Assembly (NCBI GenBank): GCA_951406725.2
Contig: OX597815.1
Coordinates: forward strand, 93,434,001-93,498,000
From: Octopus vulgaris
Lineage: Eukaryota
DNA length: 64,000 bases
Direction: 5' to 3'
The position numbers and the translations under genes are program-made. The notes beneath the pieces are model-generated. The model saw only the letters and a list, made by a program, of their open reading frames with translations, made no database searches and had not been told where the DNA came from. Below, one piece after another: positions 40,506 through 53,792 of this stretch (its first letter is position 1; each line of letters opens with the position of its first letter).

Positions 40506-43500
40506 CGGTGTTTCTCAAACTTTATGCATCAAATTGCAATATTGCCCACTTATCGACCAAAAATTGCTCCATCGCCCACCTGTGTAAAAAAAAACAAAAA
40601 AACCCTGATACAACCATCCCCCTAACACTAAATCCCCAAGGAGAACCCTCCTTGTATCATTTGACACACACACTATATTGTAGACTCATTGCCTGGTTAG
40701 TGCTGTTTGGACAAAATATGCAGTTGTTTACAAATCCCTTATTGTGGGTTTAGTTTTGCTGTGAGTGTGAATAAAATTCTAACATTAAGTTTATATTATG
40801 CAGACAGATTAACTTCGGTAAACTTACACTTTCTTTTACACTGATTTTTATTTTCCCCAAATGAACCATTGATCAGAACTACCGATGCAAATATAATTAA
40901 TAATTGTATTATAAAGGAGATGAATACAACTTTTTAATGAGAACCATGTGTCTGGTGTAATGCAGCTAGTGCAGATACATTCAGTTTCAAACTTGTCAAC
41001 TTTAGCCACAAGTTTCTTCATTGTGTCACATCCAGTTCAATTCTTTTATGGGAAAGTAAAATTCCAACATGACTAAAACCAGATTCAACCAGGTATGAAG
41101 CAGGGAAGCAAGCTAAAGTAATTTCAGATGTTTCCACAGATTGCAGTAGGAATTCAATATACTTAGATGCTACCACAAACATTTGCCATTACAGCGATAT
41201 CACATTGTGACATCACTGTCATTTTGTAATTCTATCAATTCCTCCTGAACGTCACAATTGACTGCACTGACCTCAAATGGATTGCTATACCAATTTCGAA
41301 TATTCAGTGCAATAACATCTTGAAATCACTCCATCATGTCATCATGCAAGGATTGTAAATAGTTGCGATATTTAGTTAGATCCTCATCAACCAATTCATC
41401 TTTCAAAGAGTCAAGTTGTGGAAATTGATGGAATTGACATTTTGAAAAGTTAGTCTTATACAACACCAATTTGGAAATGAAGGTAGTGGTAAATGATTTA
41501 CAATCAATGAGAGTTTTTCTGTTTCTTTGCAATAACATATTCAAATCATTTAATTTTGTGAATATATCACAACGACAAAAGATATCGCACCTTGCAACCA
41601 TCAATGAAGTGAATAGTGGAGTATCTTCATAGAAAGATATGATTATATGAAACAGTTCAGCAAAGCATAAAATACAGTTTCCTTTTGACAGCTACAACAC
41701 TTCAGTATGGTATAAGAGTTTAGTATAGTCCTCATCATTTCTCAGACAGAGTTGACGGAAAATTCGATCAGACAAGGGACTGGACTTCAGTTTGTCCACA
41801 GTCTTGATAACTAACTGTAGCGCATCATTCAATCTACCATTCATATTATTTGCCATTGCTGGTGTGCTAAGCAATGAACAGTTAGTATTTGGTGGGAAAA
41901 TTTCACGCTTTAGGAAAGATGAAAAACCTCTGTATCTTCTTATCATTGAAGGGGCCCTATCAGATGCACAGGCAAGAATATTACTGAGTGGGATATTATG
42001 TTCAAAAAGGAAAGACTTGAGAGTGTGAAAAATAGTTGCTCCATTTGAATCAAGCAGCAATTTGTCTGTGTACAGCATTTCCTCACAAGGTTGAAGGTCT
42101 TCAGTGAAATACTGAACATATACCATCATCAAACATTGATTGTCCACAACAGTTGACTCATCCACTTGTATAGAAATTTCAGAATGCTGGAGAATATTAA
42201 TAAGCTGATGTTTCACATTGTTGGCTATTTCTGCGATGTGTCGAAAATCGTGTTATTACTAAGTGGGATCTTCTTCATGATGTTATCAAGTTTTTGTACA
42301 TAACAGTTGACACATTAATATAGTTTTTCAAGCTAAATTGCTGGAGTTATTCAACTTTTCCTGGAAAAATGTTTTTAATAAGTTATAGAGGTTTAAAGTT
42401 TGATCATTTTCATCCAGTCAAGAAACACAATTTTAAATCTGTAATTTTGTGTTAACTGGGTGAAGTAATGTCTCTCCAATTGTGTGAGGCTTCCCAGACT
42501 TAGCAACAAGCAATGCGATGTTGTACAATGCAATCAATCTGTCATTCTTCTGCTTACTAGTTTCCTGAAGAAGTGTGTTGAATGTTTGTGTTTGCTTTTT
42601 GAAAGAGGTGCTCAGTTACAAAAAATATGACAATGGCTTGTCCATCTTGTCAGAATGCTTTGCATCAAAGTGATTGACTGGATGCATCAGTAAAGTGAAA
42701 ATATGAAAATAGATTTCTACAGATGGCATCAGAAAGGTAGTATGGTATTCCCAAAGAGAAGTTGATAGAGCAGAGTCAGACAATACGTCTTTACTGGAGC
42801 AAATACGGATCTAGTTCATTTGGCTGCGAGCATTTCAAAAATTAAAGTTTATCAAAAAATTATTAATTTGGCACATTAATATACTTTTTCAAGCTAAATT
42901 GCTGGAGTTATTCAACTTTTCCCAGAAAAATATTTTTAATAAGTTTAAAGTTTAAAGTTTGATCATTTTTACCCAGTCAAGAAACATAATTTTAAATCTG
43001 TAATTTTGTGCATGACTGCACATTTTGTCAACATCCTGAAAATAGCACTTGTGTTTTGATATGAAACCGTAGAATTATGCATGATATATAACCCCCTCAT
43101 AACTTCTTTATTTGTCCAAGTTATCAGATAGTTTTTGCGAATTTGTATTCTATATGTGGGATTTCATATGATTATGTCCCACCACAAAGAAAATTTGGTG
43201 GAGCATGATTCAAGGCCTAGGCCTATTTGGCTGGAATTTTTAGCAAAATATGACAACTATCTCAATGACTGTGTGTCAAAAATATTGATAAACATGTCCA
43301 CTTTTATAATACAAAGGTGCAGGAGTAGCTGTGAGGTAAGTAGCTTGCTTACCAACCACACAGTTCTGGGTTCAGTCCTTCTGCGTGGCACCTTGGGCAA
43401 GTGTCTTCTACTATAGCCTCGGGCAGACCAAAGCCTTGTGAGTGGATTTGGTAGACGGAAATTGAAAGAAGCCCGTCGTATATATGTATATATATATATA

Positions 43501-43942
43501 TATACACATATACATATGTGTGTGTGTGTTTGTCCCCACAACATCGCTTGACAACCGATACTGGTGTGTTTACATCCCTGTAACTTAGCGGTTCGGCAAA
43601 AGAGACCGATAGAATAAGTACTAGGCTTACAAAGAATAAGTCCTGAGGGCGATTTGCTCAACTAAAAGCGGTGCTCAAGCATGGCTGCAGTCAAATGATT
43701 GAAACAAGTTAAAGAGAGTAAAAGCGTAAAGGGATGTCTCATGCAAGTAGTCAGATCAATAAAAGTGCATCCTTATTCTAGGCATGCCTAGAAATAAGTA
43801 AATGCAGAGCAAATTTCTAAAAATTCTTTGTCACCCACAAAATGTTCACATTGCCCATCATTTCCTAGAAAGTCAACCATCGCCCACCTGTAACTTGAAA
43901 TTGCCTACTGGTGGGCGATATTGCCCATTTTAGGAAACTATG
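40506..43942 (-). mobile_element. Full-extent hAT transposon (Buster/Charlie type) with decayed transposase
   Basis: Perfect 8-bp TSD CTCTAGAC at 40498-40505 and 43943-43950 (central TA). Imperfect TIRs CGGTGTTTCTCAAAC / TTTTAGGAAACTATG. Subterminal (A)TCGCCCAC motifs at both ends. Transposase pieces SIQVDEST, ACASDRAPSM, LLYHTEV, DIFTKLNDLN and FPASYLVESGFS. Confidence 0.9.
43316..43730 (+). mobile_element. Full-length tRNA-derived SINE nested in the hAT element
   Basis: GGTGCAGGAGTAGCTGTGAGGTAAG head, GGTTCAGTCC B box, GGCACCTTGGGCAAGTGTCTT, internal (TA)/(TG) tract and GAAACAAGTTAAAGAG tail. Confidence 0.88.
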
Positions 43943-45692
43943 CTCTAGACATTAATAACACAGTTAAACCTTCAAAGTAGCTTCAAAAGCTAGGTCACAC
44001 TATCTCTGATGGTGACCACAGATAGGTATAACATTTCAAGAAGAATAACCTAAAGGTTAGGTTTTGCTTTGCTTTTTATATATATATATATATATTTTAG
44101 TGGCCCAAAACTATTTCATTTAAGAACATTTACTGAACATCTTTAAGGCTCTAGTTACAGAGTATTGTTCACATATTTAAGATAGCATACCTATTGCACA
44201 CACAAACATTCCAGACCTTAATAAAAAAAAAATTAAAAAGAGGACCATCTCAATTTCTGATCACAATAGTTCAGTGACATACTGGATTATCACTCTGTCT
44301 TCTGCTATAATAGTTTCTGCTCTTCTAAATTAGAAAATGCTGACAACTTCCACCTAAACTCATTGAAATATTCACATCACCTCTACCCTTTGTTATCCAT
44401 AAACATTTTACTTAACCCTTTCGTCTAGATCTTCAGCTCTCTGGAACTCACTCCCTGTTCATGTTTCCTCTTCAAGCATCAAATTAAATATTAACCATAA
44501 TGACCCCCACTCAAGGAAGGCCTGCAAAGGTCATAAGCAATGTGTCTTTCCCTCCAAAAATGTAAAATGAAAAAATGTGCAAATGGAAGCTATTTGTCAA
44601 TAGGAGATATTCATGAGCAGTACTTTTTATGGATATGTTGTGTTTAAGTCAACAATTCTAAGCTTAATACAACAAAAGATTTGAACTCTTTCTTGCAAGC
44701 TGACAAGTGATGTATCAATTGCACAGATAGATTATCACTGCATATAACATATAACTGGTCCCATGATGCTTATTTACAGTTAAGTGTACAAGACTTGATG
44801 TGGACTCAATAAGCCAACAACTGAATATGAAGACTCAAAAGACTGCTAAACTGCTTGTCCTTAAAATAGTTGGTTCCATTATCTTCTTTCTATAGGAGGT
44901 AAACAAATTGAATGATAACCAGTGTGTTGTACCCATGCAAGGCACTCTACTTGCTCAGGTCAATTTTGATTCACATCATAACACAAGTTCCAACCTGACT
45001 TACAATAGGAAGAACTTGCAGTAGTTAAAACAAGTGTTCTACAGAAAAGCTATCACTATGAAACAGTATAAATACAAAATATAGAAAATAGAAATTTTCA
45101 AAGATCTAAAATTACTTTCAAAGTGTATTCAGTTAATAAAAATAGCTTATTGTTTATAAAGATGCATTATAATGCTGAAAAGCTAGCTGTGTATTAAAAA
45201 GACAAAATGGTATTCTTCAGCAGTTGGATAGCATTTTATAGAAATTTAAACTTATTTTTAAATCAGTTCACACAACACTGCCAGTCAAATAATGGCCTTT
45301 ACATAAAAGAGCATCATATAGTATAAGATCAGTCATGCATGGCATTTTCTGTCTATGCATTTACATGTGTATGTATGTATCTGCATATCCACTACAAACA
45401 ACAGCTTTGAGCAGCTAACCTTTAAAATGAAGAGATTCAGATAGTAAGATAGATAGATAATGAAATAGAGAAAGTAAGGGGGGAGGAACAAGAGAAGCTA
45501 CTAGAGACAGAGAGAGACAAAGAGAAAAAGTAGTAAGGAAAAATAGAGAGAGGAAGAAGAAATATTTTTTTGTTGATTTTTAAATAACAACAGATAAGTC
45601 AAACTTCATCATTTGTCCATATTTTATAGATTTTATAGAGTATCTTATAATTTTATTTTGCTTATATATACATACATATATACAGTAAGTCT

Positions 45693-45994
45693 ATTTGCCA
45701 ACACAATGTTGCAGTCCTATGCAGGATGATGTTACTACGTCTTAGCCCCAGGAAAACAACTTTTCCAGCTGGATACCAACACATGGTCTGTGTCTATAAA
45801 CTGTGAGCAAGGGAGTTTATTGCTCCCTTTCTAGCCTTAACAATACCTGTGAATCAATGGTTTCTGGGTTATTTCTCTTCTTAGGTACAGTGTGTGTATG
45901 TATGTGTGTGTGCATATATATATATATATATACATACACACACACATACATACATACACACACTGTACCTAAGAAGAGAAATAACCCAGAAACC
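45693..45994. mobile_element. Old relative of the 23143-23656 PLE-type repeat, ending in a microsatellite-centred hairpin
   Basis: TTTGCCAACACAATGTTGCAGTCCT..TTAGCCCCAGGA..TCCAGCTGG..TCTGTGTC is colinear with 23147-23250. Perfect arms GGTTTCTGGGTTATTTCTCTTCTTAGGTACAGTG at 45859-45994. Confidence 0.7.
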
Positions 45995-45995
45995 T

Positions 45996-46224
45996 GTGGC
46001 CGTTGCCAGTACCACCTGACTGACCTTCGTGCCGGTGGCACGTAAAAGCACACACTACACTCTCGGAATGGTTAGCGTTTGGATGGGCATCCACCTGTAG
46101 AAACTCTGCCAGATCAGATTGGAGCGTGATGCAGCCATCTGGCTCGCCAGCCCTCAGTTAAATCGTCCAACCCATGCTAGCATGGAAAGCGGATGTTAAA
46201 CGATGACGATGGTGATGATGATGA

Positions 46225-46228
<4 letters not shown>
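45996..46228 (+). mobile_element. RTE 3' end with (GAT)n tail
   Basis: GGTGGCACGTAAAAGCAC..CCAACCCATGCTAGCATGGAAAGCGGATGTTAAACGATGACGATG. Confidence 0.85.
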
Positions 46229-46295
<67 letters not shown>

Positions 46296-48333
46296 GGCAT
46301 TTTATATACACAGAGGAACAAGTACAAGTGTCACACAAAATAAACTGGACAGTTTCTGTATCAAGCTCTATGAAGTTTGGAAGAGTGCACTTGTAGTTTG
46401 GTCTCAAGTCAATCCTGATCCAGATGAACTTTGATTAAAAGTTTCTAGTCACAGCAATACCATTTTTTTTTTCCAGATATGGTACATCAAAGAGTAAATT
46501 ATAAAGAATGGCCTCAAAGAGATTCCTTTGATAACTTGTAAGTATCTTTGTATATATTAAGTTTGGATAAGCTTTGAGGCTCTGCTTTAGCTTCGCATCA
46601 ACTTCATTCCAGAAGACATATGATCAAAGACATTCCTGCTATGATCATCCTATCTTATATTCAGAGATAATGTATCTAAAACTATATTAGCTAAAGTGTT
46701 CTCCTTTTACAAGACTCTAGAATGTGTTTTGAAGGAGATTTGACTATTATTTCTAGCAGGACAGGCAAATAGGAAGAAGCATATTCACAGAGTAGTTCAT
46801 GGTTGTAGCAGTATTGACAACACCGAGCAGTCATTAATCCAGTAGTTGTAACTCACTGGTATAACTGTCAGTCACAGATGTCTTCAAATTTGGATTGTTA
46901 ATGTTCTTTTTGATCAGCTTAACTACATCCCACTGCTCTTAGTCTTATTATGTGAGAAGAATATGCTAAGCTAAAGAGACCTAATAAGGCAAAACATGTT
47001 TGTTGCTTTAAAGTTTAGATTTACTGCAATCTATATTGCCTGTAATGTCCCAAAATTTTGATCAACTGATCTTATTGGAGTTAATTCCCTAGTTGTTTGT
47101 TTTCTTTTTATGTTTTTAATGCCCATGGAGAGATTTTATGTCTTTTAATTGCTTGAACAATCTCAGCTGATCAAAGTTTTCCCATTCACTGGAATACACA
47201 CATGAGACCCTACCATATATATGTGTGGCATCATTTGCACCTTTAGATCATAAGAGATTTCCCAGCATCAGCAAATAGAGAAGGTAAACAAGACTAGAGC
47301 TGGCATTTCAGCAAAAGTGAAATTATTAAGCAACATAGCAAAAAGAGGAATTGTTAAGCAACATGGCACAGTGGTTCAATTATTAGATCATTAGTTCAAT
47401 TCCCAGACAAATTGTGTCCTTAAACAAGGCGCTTCATTTCATATTGCTTCATTCCATTCAGCTAAGAATGAGAACCAGCAGCTAGTGAGTGGAGGTGGGG
47501 GACGACTGTGTTGGTTGGGGGGGATTGAGTCTACAACAGACTGGTATCCCATTCAGCAAGAAGCCATGTACTTTCAGTTGCTTAAATGCCATAAAAACTA
47601 AAATAAGCTCCAGCTAGTGGGCCTATAGGTTGAGACAGACATTAATTTGGTTAATAATGAGATGCATTACCCCCACCTACAAGAAGCAGTACTATATAAC
47701 TAAATGTTCACAGTATCCATATTGTCGTTTAGCATCAGGTCAGCACTGACAAAGCAGATCTATAATCAAAAACATTCCAGCCATGACTATCTCATCCTTT
47801 TGTAGACCAGAACTACATTCTCCAAAGTGCCTTTAAGATTTGAGAAAGATTTTGCTGCTATTTCTAACAGGTTAGATGATCACATAGAGTCTGTTATTGG
47901 ATCCCAGTCTCAAGTAAGACAGTATATGAAGAGAATTCATGCTGGAAGTTTTTGTACAAAAATAATGAAATTGTTGATAAAACAGTGTGTTATCACAGGC
48001 AGGAGAGCAGTACTCCATAGCTGAGTGTTGTAGACAGCTCACATAATCATTTCTTGCTTCTAATAAATAACAATAAGTTATTAAGTCTTACATAGTGTAA
48101 TGTTAAGAATATGGAAATTTCAGATGGCCACTTTAGATAATGCGTCTTAACATATGTAGACAGGAGGAACCTTTAAATCAAGAAATGTGCAAGAACATGG
48201 GATTATGTCTATTTAAAAAAAATTTTCCTTTTCACATCCACATTAGAAAGCCTTTCATGTGGGATTTCATACATAAATAAACTCTTACTATATGTGTATG
48301 CATTTGTTCAAAAGACAGAAATTCTTGCTTGTG

Positions 48334-48437
48334 TGCACTCATTCAAGTATCTGAATGAACACACACACACGTGTGTGTGTGTGTGTGTGTACATACATAT
48401 GAGTGTGTGTGTTCATTCAGGTACTTGAATGAATGCA
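48334..48437. repeat. Microsatellite-centred hairpin
   Basis: TGCACTCATTCAAGTATCTGAATGAACACACAC pairs with GTGTGTGTTCATTCAGGTACTTGAATGAATGCA. Confidence 0.85.
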
Positions 48438-48532
48438 GACACCACCAACATGAAAGTTATAAACTCAGCTACATCATTGCAGCCAACAGAAAATACACAA
48501 AGCATATACATTGGTATATGTACTTAATAACA

Positions 48533-48648
48533 CTGCCAGATCAGACTGGAGCCTAATGCAGCCTCCTGGCTTCCCAGACCTTGGTCAAACCGTTCAACCC
48601 ATGCTAGCATGGAAAGCAGACGTTAAACGATGGTGATGATGATGATGA
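48533..48648 (+). mobile_element. Short RTE 3' end
   Basis: GCCAGATCAGACTGGAGCC..CCCATGCTAGCATGGAAAGCAGACGTTAAACGATGGTGATGAT. Confidence 0.8.
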
Positions 48649-48997
48649 ATATTTATTGCACTAGAGCTACTTTTACTTCATATGTAAATTTTCTCTTAGG
48701 TATGCAATTTCCAGGCATACCAGCTCACAATTTTACAAACCATGAGCATATAAGTCATTGGACTAGCTAGCTGACTCGCCTTCAACCTAGGCAGGTAGGT
48801 GGTGTTGATAAAGCACAAAAATGGCGAAACATCGATGTCCATCACTTTCAAATGGGATTGAGGGTGAGTTATCTTGCTTGTTCATGACTCTGGCAACCAC
48901 CAGAAAATACACAAAGCATTAGTATATGTATTTAATAATAAATAAATAATATGACTTGCAGTGGAATGGTGTCAGTATCCAAGTCACAATTAGTGTT

Positions 48998-49370
48998 CTT
49001 TTATTTGTTTCAGTCAGCTGACAGCAACCATGGTGGAGCAACGCCTTTAGTCAAGCAAATCGACCCCAGGACTTATTCTTTGTAAGCCTAGTACTTATCG
49101 GTCTCTCTTGCCCAACTGCTAGGTGATGGGGACGGAAACACACCAGCATCGGTCGTCAAGTGATGTTGGGAGAGACAAACAAACATATATATACATACAC
49201 ATATATATATATATATATATATGACCGGCTTCTTTTAGTTTCTGTCTACCAAATCCACTCACAAAGCTGGAGGCTATAGTAGAAGACTCTTCCCCAAGGT
49301 GCCATGCAGTGGGATTGAACCCAGAACCATGTGGCTGGTAAGCAAACTACTTACCACACAGCCACTCCTT
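48998..49370 (-). mobile_element. tRNA-derived SINE, same family as 27085 and 43316
   Basis: Colinear with the 27085-27476 copy (GCAAATCGACCCCAGGACTTATT..CTACCAAATCCACTCACAA..CTACTTACCACACAGC). Confidence 0.85.
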
Positions 49371-49505
49371 TGATGAAACTTTTGTATCCAAATTATCAAT
49401 AAGTGTAAAGCTTCTGTGTATCTTTGGATGTTTAATATGTATCTTCTATATTGTAACAATTTTACTTTCAACACAGTCTCAGAACAAATCACTTGCCATA
49501 AAGTG

Positions 49506-50590
49506 CATCATCATCATCATCATTGCTTACCGTCCATTTTCCATGCTAGCATGGGTTGGACGGTTCAAATGGGGTCTGGGAAGCCAGGAAGCTGCGCTAG
49601 GCTCCAGTCTGATCTGGCAGTGTTTCTACAGCTGGATGCTCTTCCTAATGCCAACCACACCATGAGTGTAGTGGGTGCTTTTTACGTATCACTGGCACAG
49701 GGGCCAGTGGAGGCTGGCAAACGGCCATGATCAGTTGGTGCTTTTTACGTGTCACTGACACAGACGCCAGTCAGGCAGCGCTGACATTGGCCACAATCAG
49801 ATGGTGCTTTTTATGTGCCATCAGCATGGGTATCACTACAATATCCATTTGATTTTTATTTTGATGTTGGTGTACTTGACTCAATAGGTCTCCTCAAGCA
49901 CAGCAGGTTGCCCTATGATCCAAGGTTAGCACAGCAGGCCATCCTGCAAGCCATGAACTCACTTCATTTGTCGGGTCTTCGCAGTCACAGCATATCTTCA
50001 GAGGTCTCGGTCTTTCATCATAGCATCTGTGAGGCTCAACGTTTGATGGTCATGCTTCACCACTTCATCCCATGTCTTCCTGGGTCTACCTCTACCCTAG
50101 ATTCCTTCAACAGTTTGGGAGTGGCACTTCTTCACACATCTCTCCTCATCCATCTGTAGTACATGACCATACCAACGCAAACATCTCTCCTGCACACCAC
50201 ATCCGATGCTTCTTATGTCCAACATTTCTCTCAGGGCGCTTACACTGTTGTGCATGTACACTGACATTACACATCCAGCAGATCATGCTAGCTTCATTTC
50301 TTTCGAGCCTACACATGTCCTCTGCAGTCACGGTCCATGTTTCACTGCCATGAAGCATGGCAGTTCGCACACATGCGTTGTACAATCTACCTTTCACTCT
50401 GAGCGAGAGACCCTTTGTCACCAGTAGGAGAAGAAGCTTTCTAAACTTTGCCCAAGCTATTCTTATTCTAGTGGTAACATTCTCTGAGCATCCAACCCTA
50501 CTACCAACTTGGTCACCTAGGTAGCGGAAGCTATCAACTACTCCTAGTTTTATCTCCTGGAGTGTGATGGAATCTGTTTTCTGAGTATCT
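49506..50590 (-). mobile_element. RTE LINE 3' fragment
   Basis: VVDSFRYLGDQV, RIRIAWAKFR, LRVKGRLYNACVRTAMLHGSETW, then a 3' UTR and (GAT)n tail. Confidence 0.9.
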
Positions 50591-50689
50591 GGCAATTCAC
50601 TCAGCCAGAAATTTGGAAACAACTGCTGTACTGTTTGGCATTCGGGCTGGAAGCTCCAATATGAACATATCAGTGTGTTTAGGTGTCAG

Positions 50690-50950
50690 TCTGAAGATAT
50701 GTACCGAGAGAGATAAAAATCAAACATCCACTCAACATCATAGTGTTTGGAGTGATCACTAGTAATGGTGACATTTATGCCTCCAGTTATCTTCCCACAT
50801 GAACTCAGACTCAACATGATGTCCTATATCAAGTGCCTGGAAGAGGAAGTGCTGCCCCAGGTGAAGAGGGAGGCTGTTGGAAGACCCTATGTCTGGCCAC
50901 AGGACTCTGTACCATGCCACACAAGCAAGAGAAACCAGTCATAGCTGTCA
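50690..50950 (+). pseudogene. Tc1/mariner-superfamily transposase fragment
   Basis: KHPLNIIVFGVITSNGD / MPPVIFPHELRLN..YIKCLEEEVLP..GRPYVWPQDSVPCHTSK, matching the QQDxAPxH second catalytic Asp motif. Confidence 0.75.
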
Positions 50951-50957
50951 AAATATA

Positions 50958-52650
50958 TCATTGTCATCATCATCATCGTTTAACGTTCACTTTCCATGCT
51001 AGCATGGGTTGGACGATTTGACTGGGGACTGGCCAACCAGATGGCTGCACCAGGCTCCAATCTTCATCTAGCAGAGTTTCTACAGCTGGATGCCCTTCCT
51101 AATGCTAACCACTCCGAGAGTGTAGTGGGTGCTTTTACGTGCCGCCGGCACGAAGGCCAGTCAGGCGGTACTGGCAACGGTTATGCTGAAATGGTGTTTT
51201 TTACATGCCACCTGCACAGGAACCAGTCCAGCAGCACTGGCAATGACCTCGCTCAAATGTTTTTTTCACGTGCCAGTAAGGCGACGCTGGTAACGATCAC
51301 GTTCGAATGGTAATTTTTACATACCACCGTCACTGGATGGTGCTCTTAGCGATCCACTAGCACGGATGCCAATCATCGAATTTGATTTCGATTTCACTTG
51401 CCGCACCCGGTCTTCGCAAGCAGCATCCAGTGTCCCATGAAGGAAAGGTAGGCATAAGTGGGCTGGTTACACCTCTGGCATAGGCCACAAGGTTATGGTC
51501 TCATTTGGCTTGCCAGATCTTCTCAAGCACAGCATATTTCTAAGTCTTGGTCAGTAGTCATTGCCTTGTTGAGACCTAAAGTTCGAAGGTCGTGCTTCAC
51601 CACCTCGTCCCAGGTTTTCCTGGGTCTACCTCTTCCACAGGTTCCCTCAGCTGCTAGGGTGTGGCACTTTTTCACACAACTATCTTTATCCATTCTCGCC
51701 ACATGACCATACCAGCGCAAACATCTCTCTTGCACACCACAACTAATGCTTCTTAGGTCCAACTTTTCTCTCAAGGTACTTACACTGTCGAGTATGCACA
51801 CTGACATTACACATCCATCGGATCATACTGGCTTCATTCCTTGATCCTCAGCAGTCAGGCCCATGTTTCACTGCCATGTAGCATGGCTGTTTGTACACAT
51901 GCATCATACAGCCTACATTTTACTCTGAGCGAGAGGCCCTTTGTCACCAGCAGAGGTAAGAGCTCTCTGAACTTTGCCCAAGCTATTCTTATTCTAGCAG
52001 CTACACTTTCAGTGCACCCTCCCTCACTACTGACTTGGTCGCCTAGGTAACGGAAGCTATCAACTATTTCTAGTTTTTCTCCCTGGAATGTGGCAGAAGT
52101 TGTTCTCTGCACATTTTCAGTGTTTATTGCTCCTGAGCATCTGCCACATACAAAAACTATCTTCCCAGTTAGCCTTTCTTTGATATGTGTCCATAGTTTA
52201 CACTGGGTACATCTTATAGAGTTTCTACCTACACCTTTTCTACAGATTAAGCAGAGCCATCTACCTGAAGGGATTTGTGGTTTGCCTGCCTTCCTACTTA
52301 TTAGGACTTTGGTTTTAGCTAGGTTGACTCTAAGGCCCTTCGATTTTAATCCTTGTTTCCACACCTGAAAATTCTCGAGTTCTGATAGTGACTCAGCAAT
52401 TAGAGCAAGGTCGTCAGCATAGAGGAGCTCCCAGGGGCATCATGTCTTGAATTCCTCTGTTATTGCCTGGAGGACTATGCTAAATAGGAGGGGGCTGAGG
52501 ACTGAACCTTGGTGGACCTCTACCCAGAATTCTTCACTGTATTCGTTGCCAACCTTCACCTTACTGACAGTGTCCCTGTACATGGCTTGCACAGCTCTCA
52601 CTAACCATTCATCTATCCCTAGTTTCCTCAGTGACCACTAGATAAGGGAT
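50958..52650 (-). mobile_element. RTE LINE fragment with most of the RT, a Cys-rich finger and the 3' UTR
   Basis: VHQGSVLSPLLF, WELLYADDLAL, GLRVNLAKTKVL, CLICRKGVGRNSIRCTQCKLWTH..CGRC, FRYLG, GRGRPRKTW, then a (GAT)n tail at about 50960-50977. Confidence 0.92.
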
Positions 52651-53757
52651 ATTGGCAACAAGGGATATTAGCAACCAGATATTAGCAACAATATATATGT
52701 ATGAGTGTGTGTAATATAAATATACATATGTACACATACATATTGCTTTATTGCACCATGTCATTAAAATGATATATGTAAAAAATATTTTAATCAGAAA
52801 TTACTAAAAAATCCAATGATAATGGGGAGTAACAAAGAGAAATATATTGATAACAAACATGTTTAACACATGAGCACATACACACTCATACACAGATACA
52901 ATGTATTGTTTGAAAGTTAAGTCATCAGAATGGTGAACAAATATTAGAATAACTGATGTTGTTCAAGTAGTTTCCAAGAAGAATCAAATAAAGAATCAAA
53001 TATCACTTATATGGCAGGAGTTATCCGTGTAGATTTAATAATGATTTATATGGAATTGCATCAAAGAATTAGAGCATAAATTAATTAATACATAAACAAC
53101 AAGAAATATGAATTTATAAATATCCAAAGATTTTGCTTCGCCTATACAACTGGCATTGTTGGCAACAGTTAGCATATAAATAATATGTAAGTAAAATATA
53201 TATATATATATATATATATATAGATTATTATTATTATTATTTGATAAGAGACTGACTAATGAGACAGAAATCAAGATTTGGAAGAATTTGAGAGGAGACA
53301 GAAAATTATAAGTTAGTCAGTGATCTGTGCATGGTACCCTCTATTAACTGGGAAGATGGATGTGGTTGATGCCCAGCCTGGACTTCCACAGGTTAATTTT
53401 TGCAGGAATACTGGAAACAGAAAAAAGTGGCTTACAATCTGAGCACTTACAATAGACCCACTTAAATTACCAAAAAACAAGGAGATGGTGTTAAACAAAG
53501 AAATAAGCTTCAAGTTTCATATCTGAGGCAAAATTAGTTAAGTGGGTACAAATAAAAATTCACAAACTTCTAATGGACAAATCCAATGTTTTCAAAAAAG
53601 AATACTAAATAACTTAGAAAATGGAAGTGAGAGATTAGTTTATTTGTATGTTGATGACAAACAACAATTTCTAAAGTAGTAAAAAATATTCAAGATATTT
53701 TATAATATACAAAAAATAGCTCAAAAATTAAATACACAAAAACACTGAGTTCAAATT

Positions 53758-53792
<35 letters not shown>

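Noticed and set aside
45845-45890. Hammerhead homologue in the old PLE-type copy
   Set aside because: The core has decayed (CTAAGAA) and stem III is no longer palindromic.
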